A DNA stretch of 64,000 nt from Geosiphon pyriformis uo1 (taxonomy: Eukaryota; Fungi; Glomeromycota): the NCBI GenBank assembly GCA_016748015.1, contig JAAOMT010000200.1:308984-372983 (forward strand), in the 5' to 3' direction. The notes beneath the pieces are model-generated. The model was not told the DNA's origin. It worked only from the letters and a program-made list of their open reading frames with translations, and did not search any database. The translations under genes and the position numbers were made by a program. Shown here one piece after another: positions 51,946 to 64,000 of the stretch; position 1 is the stretch's first letter; every line of letters starts with the position of its first letter.

Positions 51946-52906
51946 TGTTACTGGAGGTTTTTGGTCTCTTTTCTTGAATGTTGTAAATGTTGATTGGCTG
52001 TGAATTTACGTTTTTTAGAAGTAGTTGAACCCCCAATAACTGAATATATCTTCAAATTATCTCTTATAATTTGAACTGCTGGGCTTATAAGTGGAATGGC
52101 CAATTTCTTGCCAGTTACTTTATGTAGTTACATTGTAGTAAATGTCAACTCTTTCCCAGGAATTGCTCGTCTGGAAGCTCACTAAAAATGTGTAGTTACT
52201 TTGCTGTAAAAGTCAACTCTTCTACAGAAATCTTGTCTGTAGACTACCCTAATAATTATAATAAAAAAATAAAAAAAATGTAAAAAAATAGAATTTTATC
52301 AAGGAAAACGTTTTCTATCCAGGCCTGAAGTCACTAACAGTTTATTAAAATTGGTAGCTAATCAATTTCAAACCATTAGTTGTGTTGAAAGAATTTCAAG
52401 TGTAATAATTTAAGAATTTGGTTTTCGAATATTTTAATTTTTATTTGAATGTGTAAAAAGTAATTTGTTTCAATTAAAATATCTAAAGTAAGATACTATG
52501 GTAAGATACTATGAGAAAATACATTTTCTTGAAGAGAGAAGCTCTTTTTTTATACAACTTGTTGTAGTACTAGTCTTTGAACTTGCACTTTTTTTTTTGC
52601 TCCAATTTCGGTGAACTAAAGATACATTTTGGTGAACTACAAGTTATTTCCACGAATTATTGATTATTTCGGCCAATTTTCCATTAATTTCGGCAAATTT
52701 TAACTATATTAAATGGTTCAGGGTATTGTGTAATTTGATCATCTTAATTTTTATAGTACAAATCGAATTATTGATTAAGTAATGATATTTGATAATTTAA
52801 TTAAATAATAAGTGATAATCAAAATAATAATAATATATGCTAATTAATAATAGGAATTATGAGGGTAATTTCATGCTAATTAATAGCTAGAATTCTATTG
52901 GTAACA
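51946..52906 (-). repeat. 5' LTR (961 bp) with TATA-like TATAAAA (~52554-52548) and an upstream 20-21-bp repeat array
   Basis: Direct repeat of 43186-43992. Confidence 0.96.
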
Positions 52907-55900
52907 CCATCTAAATACAAAAAAGAAGCATGTAGACACTGTCTATTTTTGTGGTGTATTCTACAAAAAATTGAAGATACTAGTAATTGGTAATGTAGTT
53001 GACTTATCTGCTGGTTCTCTGAGCTTAGAAAATATTGGTGTTGTTGGTGTCAAACCTGTGGTGTTCTGGGGAAATAATGTTGGCAGCATTGCAAATAGTA
53101 TTAGTGGACTTTTTAATGTCAAGAATATGAAAAACACTGTTGCTAAAGAAATAAGTTATATAGAGTTAGATAATTTAGTAAATGATAAAAACATAGACAA
53201 AACAACTCCAAAGAAGACTTGCACATATACATATGTGTTAGACCACTTCTCCTAAAGTGCCTTTATATAATAACATGAGCAATAATGATAAGGTCTTAGA
53301 ACTTCTTTCTCCTAAATTCAATGGGTCTAATCAGTTGTTACCATTCAAGTTATGTGTATCGGAAAAATAGAGTTTCAATTCGGCTAAGTCATTTGCACTT
53401 AATATTGAACTCTTTACAGTGTCTGGTAAAACTGTTAGTGATAAATTAATTTCTGTCAAAAAAATCTTCTATCATGTAAATGGTTTTGGGAGAGCTTTAA
53501 CTCTCTCAAAATTTCCAGGAATTATTAGATCATTTTTTACATCTGAATTAAGTTTGGAAAAGGCAAAGAAATTGGCTATCAGTGAGAAAATTTTGGTCAA
53601 TAATAATGTTAAGCAGATAAACAAATGCACAAATTAGAAAATTGTTGTGAAAGAGATTCCAGTGGATCTTTTCAAATTAGCTGTGGAATCTGTTTTTTCT
53701 AAATTTGGCAAGATTGTCTTGATTAAAATGTAACTGATTGGTCTTTGGCAAAAGGCCTTAGTAGAGTTTAAATTATTGAATATAGCTAGTTTGGTTGCTT
53801 CCAAATGATCAGTTTTCATGAGAAAAAATTTGGTGCATGTGACTTTGGCTGTTAGTGACAAAGAATTATGGATAACAAAGAATTATCATCAAGCTTTTTT
53901 ATATACCCTTTCAGTTGAAATCACAGCTTATGATTTATCTGATTTGTTGAACTCATATAGTAGAAAAACTTGTTTTATTGGCCATAATCCTAGTTTATAT
54001 GTATGTAATAGATGTGTAATAGTGTGTTTTACTAATAAGATATCTAAATTGGCTGCTGTTGGTTCTGTTTCTGTTTTTAAAGATGTTAATTTACATTGGG
54101 CTGGGCTTTTTTTGGCCTGTTATGCTCTGTGTAAACAATTTGGTCATGTTTTTAATGTTTGTTCAGTAGGTAAGAATTCTGGTGGTTATAGTAGGTGTGT
54201 GGTTATTTCTTAGGATCAGATTTGTTTGGCCAACATATATAAAAAGAAGCAGACTCCTGTTACATGTTCTGTTTTATTTGGAGATAAAACTTGGGCTTAA
54301 ATTGCTGGTGGTTTTTTCTTTCATGCAATCTTGTCAGTTTTGTCTGGTGGTGGTTCACCTCCAGATGTAGCATCTTTTTTTTTGGGTTTTGCCTTTTCTG
54401 TTAATTCTGGATTGAGTAATCATGTGGCTGTCTTAGAACAATTTTTGGAGCTTTTGTCTGATCAGGTTTCTGTTCTTTTGAAGAAGTTGAGCTTTGTGGA
54501 GTTAGTGTTTTTGACTGTATTTTCTTCCACTCTCCCTTTAGTTGTCTCTGTTTTTTTAGTTTTGAATATGGTTTTGGATAATATGTTAGTGTTATCCACT
54601 CTCTCTTTCTTTGTTAGTTCAGATTTGGTGGCTGATTTCAGTTCTAGTAATTCTAAAATTCTAACCACTAAGATAGGTAGATTAAAGTCGAAAATAGTGG
54701 CTTTGAAGACATTAATTAATTTGGTTTTGGAAAGATTGAATTGTTTGTGTTCTGGTTTGGGTTCTTCATCTTAATAACCAGTTTGGTTTGGAAAATTGCT
54801 ATATGCAATGCTCAGAATATGAACAATCCTACAAAACAAGAAGATATTATTTATTGGCATAAGAATATAGGCAATTTGATTTTGATCATTACTGAAACTA
54901 AGTTGAAAGGTAAAGTTTATCCATAGATTGCTAATAAATTCAATGGTGTCTGTGTTTTTACTTCTGATTTAGACTCTGGTTACTTGGGTTCTGGTATTGC
55001 TATTATTATGGACAGTTTTTTGGCTTGTTATGTGTGCAAAGTTTCTGAGGTGCCAGGTTAGCTTTTATCTGTTAAGTTGCTTTTCAAAAATAAACTTTTT
55101 GTTTTGATTTTGGGGCTCTATGCTGGCACTTCTTTGGCAGTTCATCTCTTTTAAGCTGGTAAAATCAACTCTTTGATTGCAAGAACAGTGAACAAATCTT
55201 CTTTTATTGTCTTGAGTGGGGACTTTAATGAAGATGGTTTGTACAAATGTGCTAGTTTTAAGAAGTGTCTCAATCTAGAGTTGGTAAATATTTTGTTAAA
55301 TAGTTCAGTTACAAGAAGTTCTACATAGAAAAATTCTAGAGATGCTGAAAAAACAATAGATTATTTGTTCATTTCTTATAATTTAGTTAATACAATAGTG
55401 AGTTGTGATGTTTTGGATGTCAATGAACACTTTGACACTAATTACCAAGTGGTCTATGTGTCTGTAGGTTTGGGTGGACTTTTGAATATGCAGTTAAACT
55501 CTCTTCACAACCAAGTGAATAAAGATCATTGGAAGTTTAACTTCAAGTATGCTGATAAAGCAAAGTGATGCAGATTTAAGGAGTCAACAACAGCAAATGC
55601 TGCAATGTTCTCTGATGAGTTTTTTGCATCTAAAGAGTTTATGAATCTGGATACTATGTGAAATATTATTTGCAAAATAATATGTTTCTCGACAAATGAG
55701 ATTTTCAAAAAAAAATGGTTCAAGAGTTTTGATAACATTTATACCAAGAAGTCTTCTAGGTTTCATAAGTTAGAAATTTTGGTGTTGAGAATAGTCAAGT
55801 CTTTACATGGAAGTGTTGATAGTATGTTCAAGTTTTTAATGAGCTGCTTAACTTCTCTGGATTTTGATAAGGCTTTGTCTATTCAGACTCTGTTAAATTC

Positions 55901-58900
55901 TGGTATGGATCTTGATTATGTATGTTCAGCTCTTTTCAATGTACATAAATCATATTATGCTTCTAAGTTTGCTAAGTCTATACAAGCTAAAGAGTTAAGA
56001 ATTAAGTCAGCTGTTAATAAGTATATGGAGAATTTTGCAGTCAATAAAAGTCATACAATCAGAAGTATACTGGAGCATCCTTTTCAGAAGGTGGTTTTGG
56101 ATCATTTGGTTGTTGAAGATAAACTGATTCTGAAGCCTAATCTGGTTAAGACCAAGATAGATAAGATTATGAAAGATTGGACTAAGAAGCATGAGGTGGT
56201 AGCAGATTTTCTCAGTAATTGGTTTCAACAATATTAACTATTGGAGTATGTTTTTGATGATGCTTTTTCTAATGTTATGTGTTTGGTTAATTTCGACAAA
56301 TTGCTTAGTGTGGTGTCTGATTTACTTAACAGTAAAACTGCTGGTCTTTCTGAAATCTCAAATGAACTCTGGAAACATTGCAACAAGTTGGTCTTAAACA
56401 TGCTTTTAGTGCTTTTGAATTCTTATTTGTTATATAAACAGGTGCCAAATGCTTGGAAAAAAGCTTGGATCTCAATAATTCCCAAGCCATATGAATGGGA
56501 GAAGGTTTTAATAAATATCTGACCTATTGCCTTAATTAAAACTACTTGCAAAATTCTCTTCAAGATTTTTTCAAACAGGATCTCTTCAGCATGCAGCACT
56601 TTTAATGTTTTATGTGAGGACAATTTCTCAGTTTTAAAAGATACAACAATGCAATCTCCTATTTTTGCCATTGGTTTAATTATTAAAGATGCTTTGAAAA
56701 AGAAGCATAAGCTTTGGCTAATCTTGCAGAACATATAGAAAGCCTATAACTCTGTTAGATAGGAGCATTTTAAGAATAGCTTGGTTAAGATAAAGATATA
56801 TGACAAGTTCATTAGATTTTTTGGTGGTATTTACAATGATCATGTCAACAGGGTTATGACTAATTTTGGTTTGACAGATGAATATCAAGTACATGACAGT
56901 TTAAATCAAGAGAAAGTGTTCTCACTTCTTTTTTGATACATATTTTATGATCCTCTTTTATGTAAAGTCAAGAGACAAAAAAGTGTGTGTGGTTATAGAT
57001 TGAATTTTTATTTTATTGCCAGAACTGGTTGTGTTGAATCTCAGGCTAAATTGTCATTTTTTTTTGCTGCTGGTGCTTTTATTAATGATATGATCTGAGT
57101 TGGTGGCAGTCAAGCTGCTTTACAATATATTCTCAATACTGCTAACAAATTTTTCAGGATCAATAACATTTCCATCAATAATAATAAGACAGTGGTCATT
57201 CCTATTAATTGCAGAGTTGAATATCCTTCTTTATCAATCAGTGGTCTACCTATTTTCATTGCCAAAAAAGAAGAATCTCATCATTACCTGGGTATTTTTT
57301 TGTTTACTGAGAGTTTGTCGAAACCTAGTTTGATTAAAACTTATTCAAATATTAAGTTTTTTGCCAATCTTATTCTAAGGAAGACTATTTTAGATAAACA
57401 ATTTTCTTATTTAGTGTTGGCTGTTCTTTATCTTATTGTTAGTTATAGAACATAATTCAGTTTTGTCCCTACTGAAATATGTGAGAAATAGGATGCTTTG
57501 ATTTGTAAGGGCTTAAAATTGAGATCTAATTTGCTTCTTAACTTTCCCAGTGATGCATTTTATCATCTTTTATTGTATGATTTGAAAACTTTTAAGCAAG
57601 TACAGACTGAAAGCAAGGTGGCTTCTGTTATGTGTTTTGCAAACTCTGTTGGGATATTAGGTTGTTTGTTTGTATACAAGTCTCTTAACTTACAGGCTCT
57701 GAGTTGGTGTCCACTTCATCCCTTAAGTTTTCTGGCTCATATTAGAATCAATCTGTTTAATAACTTTTTGGCAGGTGTGGTTTGTATTTTTCTTGGATGC
57801 AAGTTGTCTTTGAGTGATCCAATAGTCAATTCTTTTTGTTTTTGAAATAGAACCCCTATGTTATCTATTCTTGGTGAATCTGAGTTTTTTAAATTTTTTT
57901 TTTATTTTGGCATTATGATATAGCTTTTGTGGAACAGTTTCATAATCAGAAAAGTGTTGTCTTTAATTAGAAAACTTTCAAGTACTAAAAAAGACTGAAC
58001 TCATGTGGTTCTATTCCTAACTGGTTTAAGCTTTTTGTTGATTTTTTTAATGTTGTAGCTTTTTTTCTTACTAGTTTTTCTTCTTTGGATGGTTTTAAAT
58101 CTTTAAGTATTTTGAAGTCTAGTAAGTTCAGACATGTTGGTAATAGTTTGTTGAATGTTGTGGCTGATAGTCTTTCTGTTTATATGAATAGATCTCTGGT
58201 AGACTTAAGGGGTGCTGATATAAGAGCTGATGTGGCAGTTTTTTTTGAGAACATAAATTTGGGTTTGAAAGTTAAGGTTTCTGGTCTGCTGTCTTCTACT
58301 TTGACAGAGCTGTAAACTATTGCATTGCCTCTTGAGTATGTTCTTTTTCTTAGCTCAATTTGTCTTTTATGGACTGTTAGACTGCCTTAAATGCTTGCAA
58401 ATCAGAATTGGAGCTGGTACATTCAGATTTTCGGAATTGGTGTTGGGTTGAGTGTTGGCATATTGTGAACATTATTAGGAAGAAAAAGTTAAATATTAGT
58501 TGATGCAAAGTTAAGGGTCATTTGGGTATTTTGGATAATGAATGTACTAATGAACTTGCTGACATTGCTTCTTTGTCTTTCTGACATCTTCCTCTTATTT
58601 TGAAAAAACATTGTATTTTGGTTGATGGTAGTGTTGTTTCTGGTAATTCTAGACATTTTGTTCGTGAGATTTTTTGGTCCATTCATCATATATACTAGAA
58701 GGCTAGTTCTGGGCATAGGACTTTGGATAATAGTTTGTGCTTAAATGTTGATTGGCCTTGCTTATACTCAGTCTAACATCCTGATTTGCACATGGCTGTT
58801 GGTTTTACTAATAGGCTTACTGCTGGTACTTGAACATACTTTATAAAAGCTTTGCATTATTGGTTGCCAATTGCTGTTCATAAATGCCTTTATAACAAAA

Positions 58901-59587
58901 GTTACCCTAGTGTATTGTGTTTGTATTGTGGTGAGATTGAGGTTTCAGATTATACTTTCTCTTGCATAATTAATGATCATGTTTGTTATCATTTATTGAA
59001 TGCTTATGTAGCTGTTTGGTGTGTGTTTTTTGGTCTGTCTCTTCCCTTTTTATGTGTGTCTCAATTATTGTCCTCTTGTGTCTCCAATGCTGCAGTATGC
59101 ACAGCTTTTTGCAAAGACTTTGTCTTTAAAAATTGGCTTCAGGAGGCTATGTCTGTTTTCAAGAATACCAAAATTGTAAGTCAAAAAATTGTGAAATTTG
59201 TACATGCCTTCTGTCTTGCTTTTAGGAAAGAGGTATGGTTAGTTTGTGTTAAGCACTAAACTTTTATGGAAAAGAATAGGCTGATACCATTTGATGATTC
59301 AATTTTAAAGTTGGTTTCTGGATTGTTTTTATCATTTTTTGCTGGTATGATAAGATTGTTAGATATTAATGAAGCATTTAGTGTTGCCTTTGGGTTTTAT
59401 AAATCACATTTGTTTTTTTCAGGTATTAGAGACCCTGTCTCTGTTTATATAGGTACATAATATTGTTTTGATCAGTCTGAATGGCTGGTTACATGTAAAT
59501 AATGCATGATTCACACCTAATTTATATCAGTTATTTGATGTATTGTATTAAGCCATGTTTGGATCTCATTTGTTAAATAAATAAAAA

Positions 59588-60450
59588 AATTACTAGCAAA
59601 TAATTATAAATTTAAATAATAATAAAAAAATAGTCTTTATTATATAAAAATAAAATTTAAAATTTAAAATAATACTATTTAGTTTGATTAATACACTAGT
59701 AATATTTTAATAATTAATGAAAATTGTATATTTAAGTATACTATAAAAATTAATAGTTGGTTATTTAAATAATATTAAAAACTTTTAATAAATATTTAAA
59801 AAATTTTAACAAATTAAATTAAAGTTCAATGCCAATAAATATTTTTTAAAAAAAAAAATTTAAATTTATAAAACATATATTAAATAAAGATAGTGTTAAA
59901 ATTAATTCAGATAAAATAGAAAAATTAAAAAACTTTTTAAAATCCAAAAATTTAATAAAATTAAAAAAATTTCTGAAATTAGCTGAATATTATTAAATTT
60001 TTTTAATAATTGTTTAACTATTTTACCAATTATAAATAAAAACATCAATTATAAATAAATTAATAATTAACAAAAAGTTTTCAAAAAAGTATAAAAAAAA
60101 TTAATTAAAATTCTAATTTTAATTTATTTAAATCATAATAAATTTTTTATTATTGTAATTAATATATTTAAAACAATAATAAAAGCAATACTATTATAAT
60201 AAAAATTTAATAAATAAATATATTTAGTAATATATGTTAATAGAAGCTTAAATTTAAGAAAATATAACTATAAAATCTTAATATTAAAATATTTAATAAT
60301 TTATTAAACAATTATAAAATAAAAAAAATATCTTAGCCACAAAAATTTGATATTACTACAAAAAAAAATTGATAAATAATAAAAATACCAAATAAAAAAC
60401 TATACTTTTATTTTTTAAATATAAAATTTATTATAAAAAAAATTAAAATA
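59588..60450 (+). pseudogene. Ghost Gypsy RT-RNase H, probably continuous with remnants ending near 42210
   Basis: Reads NY*QII..KIVFII..ILFSLINTLVIF**LM..GYLNNI (GYWQ..KTAF..MPFGLTNAPATFQRLM..YLDD), PKNLIKLKKFLKLAEYY, and LILIYLNHNKFFIIVINIF..YVNRSL. FINFNFAT just before 42211 fits the preceding motif F..LDLAS. Confidence 0.75.
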
Positions 60451-60604
60451 TTAATAGTTTATTAATAATAAAACAAATATATAAAACATTAATATATTAT
60501 CACAAAAATATTAAATAAATAATTATATATAATCTAAGACAAAAAAAAATAGAAATTATTATTTTAATTATAATTTAATAAAAATTTATTTAATAATAAA
60601 TTAA

Positions 60605-60631
60605 TCTTTCTCTCGTCAATCCCCTGGCTGC
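60605..60631 (+). mobile_element. First ~27 bp of another LINE 5'UTR, cut by the Gypsy insertion
   Basis: CTTTCTCTCGTCAATCCCCTGGCTGC aligns by transitions to the 5' ends of copy B (CTTTTCTTTTGTTGATCTCCTGACTAC, ~4655) and copy F (CTTTCTCTTGTTAATCTTCTG, 42991). Confidence 0.65.
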
Positions 60632-61725
60632 TGTTACAGGTAAACTTGGTGGGTATGAAAAATAGTAACATTTGGTGTTCTCAATTATTGATGATGTATC
60701 TTCCACATAATTCTGTTGGCTTAGTCTTGATTATCAGTCTCTGAAGGTTTATTTCTGGATGTGAATTTTACCCATTAAGTTCTTTGGTTATAAGGCACAG
60801 AGTTTGTCTTTCGTTGATTGCAATGTTTTTTGTAAATGTGAGCTTTCTTTTCTGAGCTAACGAGTGCAGTCATTAGGGTCTGGCATTGTCTTTTTGCCCT
60901 TCTAGTAAACTAACAAGATAATGTTAATATTCAAAACTTAGGGGGAGCTTCTTTCTTTTACCAGGCTATCACGAAGTCTATTCCCAGACAGTTGATTTTA
61001 CTATGTTGCTGCTCCACAAAAAATTAAGACAGAAAAAGAAAGAAAAAGAAAAAGAAAAGAAAAGAAAAGAGAAAAAAGATAAATTAGTATTGTCAATCAC
61101 CATGCTCAAGAGCGATTGGTCCAAATTGTTAATAGGTTTGAGGTGGTTATGCTAAGAGCATCTGTTCTAGAATAGAGATATGAGACAAGGGTTAATTCAC
61201 GTAAATTCCACGAAGTTCGAGAACATAAATTCATGATTTTGATTTCTTTTAATAATTGGTTTATTTCAGGAGATGAAATAGGGAAGATAATAAAGAATGA
61301 AGGGATATGGATATTTTAATTTCTGGTCTAGAGGTTCGTATCTATTTTTTTCTTTTCTGTTTTTTCTCACTTCTACAACTACTTGCTTTTATACATTCTT
61401 TTGGTTTTACAGGATTGCTTTCAATTGTCTCACTATTGCTAGCTATTGCTTTGTTGTTTCTGTTATTGCTTTGTTTTTTTATGTTATCACTAGTTATCCT
61501 ATGTTATAACACGTTATCTGATGTTATTACATGTTATTCTGTGTTATCCTACGTTATAACACGTTATCCTACATTATTGCGCACTATTCTGTATTATCCT
61601 GTATTATAACACATTATCCAACATTATAATACATTATCCAACATTATTGCGTGTTATTCTGTATTATGTCACGTTTTGGTCACGTTTCTTTATAATTTTG
61701 GATCGGTTTTTTTACTTGGATAACA
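60632..61725 (-). repeat. 3' LTR family A (1094 bp)
   Basis: TGTTA..TAACA ends, abuts the PPT, homologous to solo LTR 30208-31208. Confidence 0.94.
61481..61670 (-). repeat. 19 x 10-bp tandem array in LTR U3
   Basis: xxGTTATxxx recurs in exact 10-bp phase on the plus strand. Confidence 0.93.
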
Positions 61726-61739
61726 TTATCCCTCTCTTT

Positions 61740-62591
61740 TTAAAATTGAGCTTCTGTGAAATCATATGTATCTGTTATCGTGGCTTTGTTCGTGTAATGT
61801 TTGATTGTTGCCTTGAGTATTGCCTTTTGTAGGTCTTTGAACTGTTGATTGGTTATTCATCCTATGCTGTTAACCATTATGGTTTTCATAGATCTGTTCA
61901 GTAGTACATTTGGGCAATGTTGAAAGGCGACGTATAGTTGGTATGCTGCTTTGTAATGTAGGGTCAGGTTGTTTTTCCCTATGAATTTTTCTACTTGTTG
62001 TATTGCTTCTTTGTTGAACATTTTCTGGCTGAGGTCTTTGTATAGTGTTTTCAAGTCAAGCTGTTCTCCAATTTTGTAGAACCAATAAGCTGGAGGAAGT
62101 CTTTTTTTCCATTCCTGGGCGTTGTCAGGTGTCTACTCCCCTGTTTCAGGGAGTTTGGTCTCATGAGCTAAAGCTTGTTTTATTTCTTCAAGCTTGGGAA
62201 CCAAGTATCTTCTTTTGTAACCTTTTTCTTGTTCTTTGCCTCCTTCTTTTCCACCTCCCGCCCAAAGGCAATTTTTCTTTCCACATTGCCTTTTGGGTGG
62301 TGGGTAGGGGAGGGAATGTTTAGTTCTAATTGAACTCTCATCCTCCTCTCTCCTGCTCTTATCTTTGTACCATATCTCTTTTTTATCAATTGTTATTTCT
62401 ATTTGAAATGTCAATTTTTGAATTGTTTCAAATAATTGTTTAGATAATTTTAAAATTTGATCTGAAAGGTCCATGTTGAAATTTCTATCATTTCTTGCTG
62501 CTTTTCGGATGCTATATATATTTGAATTCCCCAATTTAATTTGCTGCCCATTGTCTACGTTTCGATAATGATGATTGGTTCCAGATCTCAT
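61740..62591 (-). pseudogene. Accessory 3' ORF of Gypsy family A (~283 codons, two in-frame stops)
   Basis: ORF-track pieces 62133-62591 and 61857-62054 share one frame. The TAG (62133) and TGA (61857) are each one transition from a sense codon. The ATG overlaps the integrase stop (ATGA 62591-62588). Confidence 0.75.
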
Positions 62592-63930
62592 GGTATATCT
62601 TCTGGTCTGATTAATGAAATTTGTGTTCCTAGTTGAGGTACTGATGATGATGATTCCTGTTTTACATGATAAATTTTTAACTGATTTCCATGCGCTACTT
62701 TCTTTAAAATTCTGTCTTCCAATTGTAATTTGTAAGCTCCATTTTCTAATGCTTCGTGTATGTGGAATGGATCATTCCACTTTGGATTGAACTTTCCACT
62801 CCACTGTTTTTCAGCTTTTGTATGATGTAACAGTACTTGGTTTCCAATCTTGAATTCCATTGGTTGTTCTGGCAGGTGTTTATTATGTCTTTCTTTTTGT
62901 CATTCTTGAGCGTAATTAATATTGTCAGCTGCTGTTCTTTGATTGTTTTCCAACATTTCCATTAGCTGCTACATTCTTTGGTATAAGATAGCCTCAAAAT
63001 TCTCTTCATTGATTGTTTTTGTTGGGTATGGTGGTATCATTCGTTCAATTGGTAATATAGCTTTTCTTCCATAGACTAGTTCAAATGGTGTGAACTGAGT
63101 CATATTTTGTTTCAATATTCAGTATGCAAAGAGTACAGAAGGTATAAATAAGTCTCATTTTTGTCTGTTTTCATGACTTATTTTTGCTAGTGCTTTGCAC
63201 AGTGTTCTGTTAAACCATTCTACCAGTCTGTTCGTTTGTAGGTGGTATGGTGACGATAAGGGTCTCCTTATTCCAAACCGTTGGCTTAGTTCAGTCAGCG
63301 TATTATTAACGAAGTGTGTTCCCTGATCAGATAATAATTCTTTCGGACATTCATGTCGGCAAATTAGGTCTTGATGCACAAATTTGGCAACTGTTTTGGT
63401 GTCGGCCACTTGGATTGCTCTGGCTTCTGGCCATTTTGTAAGATAGTCTACGGCTATAGCAATATAGTGATTTCCTTGAGATGTAATTGAAAGAAGTCCA
63501 ACCAAATCGATCCCAATTCTATCAAATAGATTTCCAACTGGAATGGGTCAAAGTGGTTTTGTTGATCTTGTTCCTCCTTTTTGCTAACATGTGTCACAAT
63601 TGAGCACGTATTCGAAAATGTCTTTGTGTATTATTGGCCAATAGTATAAGTTTAGTGTTTTTTTAAGGGTAGCGTCTTTGTTAAAGTGTCCTGCAGTCGG
63701 ATCTGAGTGCATGCTATATAGTATAGTTTCTTTTTTATTGTCTGTGATTAGTCGTTGTGAGTTGGGGTGGTTTCAGCATTCTCATCAATATAGTTGGTTG
63801 TCTTGAATAAAATAATTTTGGGCTTGTTTTCATATGGTACTCTGTTCCTGTTGAGATAATATCTCCTTAAAACATAGTGTTAATAGGTACTGATGTAGTC
63901 ATTGATAAGTGAGTGTGTCCATGGGTCTGG
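62588..63930 (-). pseudogene. Integrase of the family A element
   Basis: HHCC, DDE and C-terminal motifs with several stops. Confidence 0.93.
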
Positions 63931-64000
63931 GATTAGGTTTGTGGCATCCTCAACAAACTGTCGGCATTGGTGTTCTTAGATCCTTCCTTGTAATGGACTT

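Larger units (their letters stand above)
43186..52906 (-). mobile_element. Complete Ty3/Gypsy LTR retrotransposon (family B), 9721 bp, degenerate
   Basis: Two LTRs with TGTTA..TAACA ends, perfect TSD CCAT (43182-43185 and 52907-52910), PBS, PPT, and domain order gag-PR-(Cys-rich)-dUTPase-RT-RH-IN-accessory ORF. Confidence 0.97.
42976..59587 (+). mobile_element. LINE copy F, full length, split by the Gypsy element (42976-43185 + 52911-59587)
   Basis: ORF1 starts at ATG 43123 (MEPVSTSA..GLGTH) and continues LNTKKKHVDTVY after 52910; ORF2 at 54774-59460; 3'UTR; degenerate TSD AATTATTAACAA (42964) / AATTACTAGCAA (59588). Confidence 0.92.
60632..64000 (-). mobile_element. Ty3/Gypsy element family A, 3' portion (end of RNase H, integrase, accessory ORF, PPT, 3' LTR); continues beyond the window
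   Basis: Integrase motifs HSDPTAGH, AVDYLTKWPEA, LSDQGTHF, SPYHLQTN..E.FNRTL, FKIGNQVLL..KWNDPF; PPT AAAAAGAGAGGGATAA at 61726-61741. Confidence 0.95.

Overview
AT-rich eukaryotic, almost certainly fungal, DNA. The gene style and TE families resemble Glomeromycota/Mucoromycota (possibly Geosiphon-like); this is inference only. The window has one host gene, a two-exon C2H2 zinc-finger transcription factor (17708-19322), plus a RING-finger pseudogene, in a CpG-retaining island (~13.7-21.9 kb). The rest is nested retroelements. (i) Six copies and a 5' stub of an RNase H-bearing LINE (ORF1 RRM+CCHC; ORF2 APE-RT-RNaseH-Zn finger), five with recognisable TSDs. (ii) A complete 9.7-kb Ty3/Gypsy element (43186-52906, minus) with dUTPase, a Cys-rich insert and an intact 3' accessory ORF. 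(iii) The 3' end of a second Gypsy family with a homologous accessory ORF, plus solo or partial LTRs of that lineage. (iv) Extremely AT-rich 'deserts' that still decode as G>A/C>T-hypermutated ghosts of the same Gypsy genes and LTRs. The best candidate for an undescribed system is a conserved, non-env accessory ORF between integrase and PPT in two divergent Gypsy families, together with helically phased repeat arrays in LTR U3 and a covarying LTR hairpin, set against RIP-like host hypermutation. Coordinates were read by eye; ghost boundaries are approximate.
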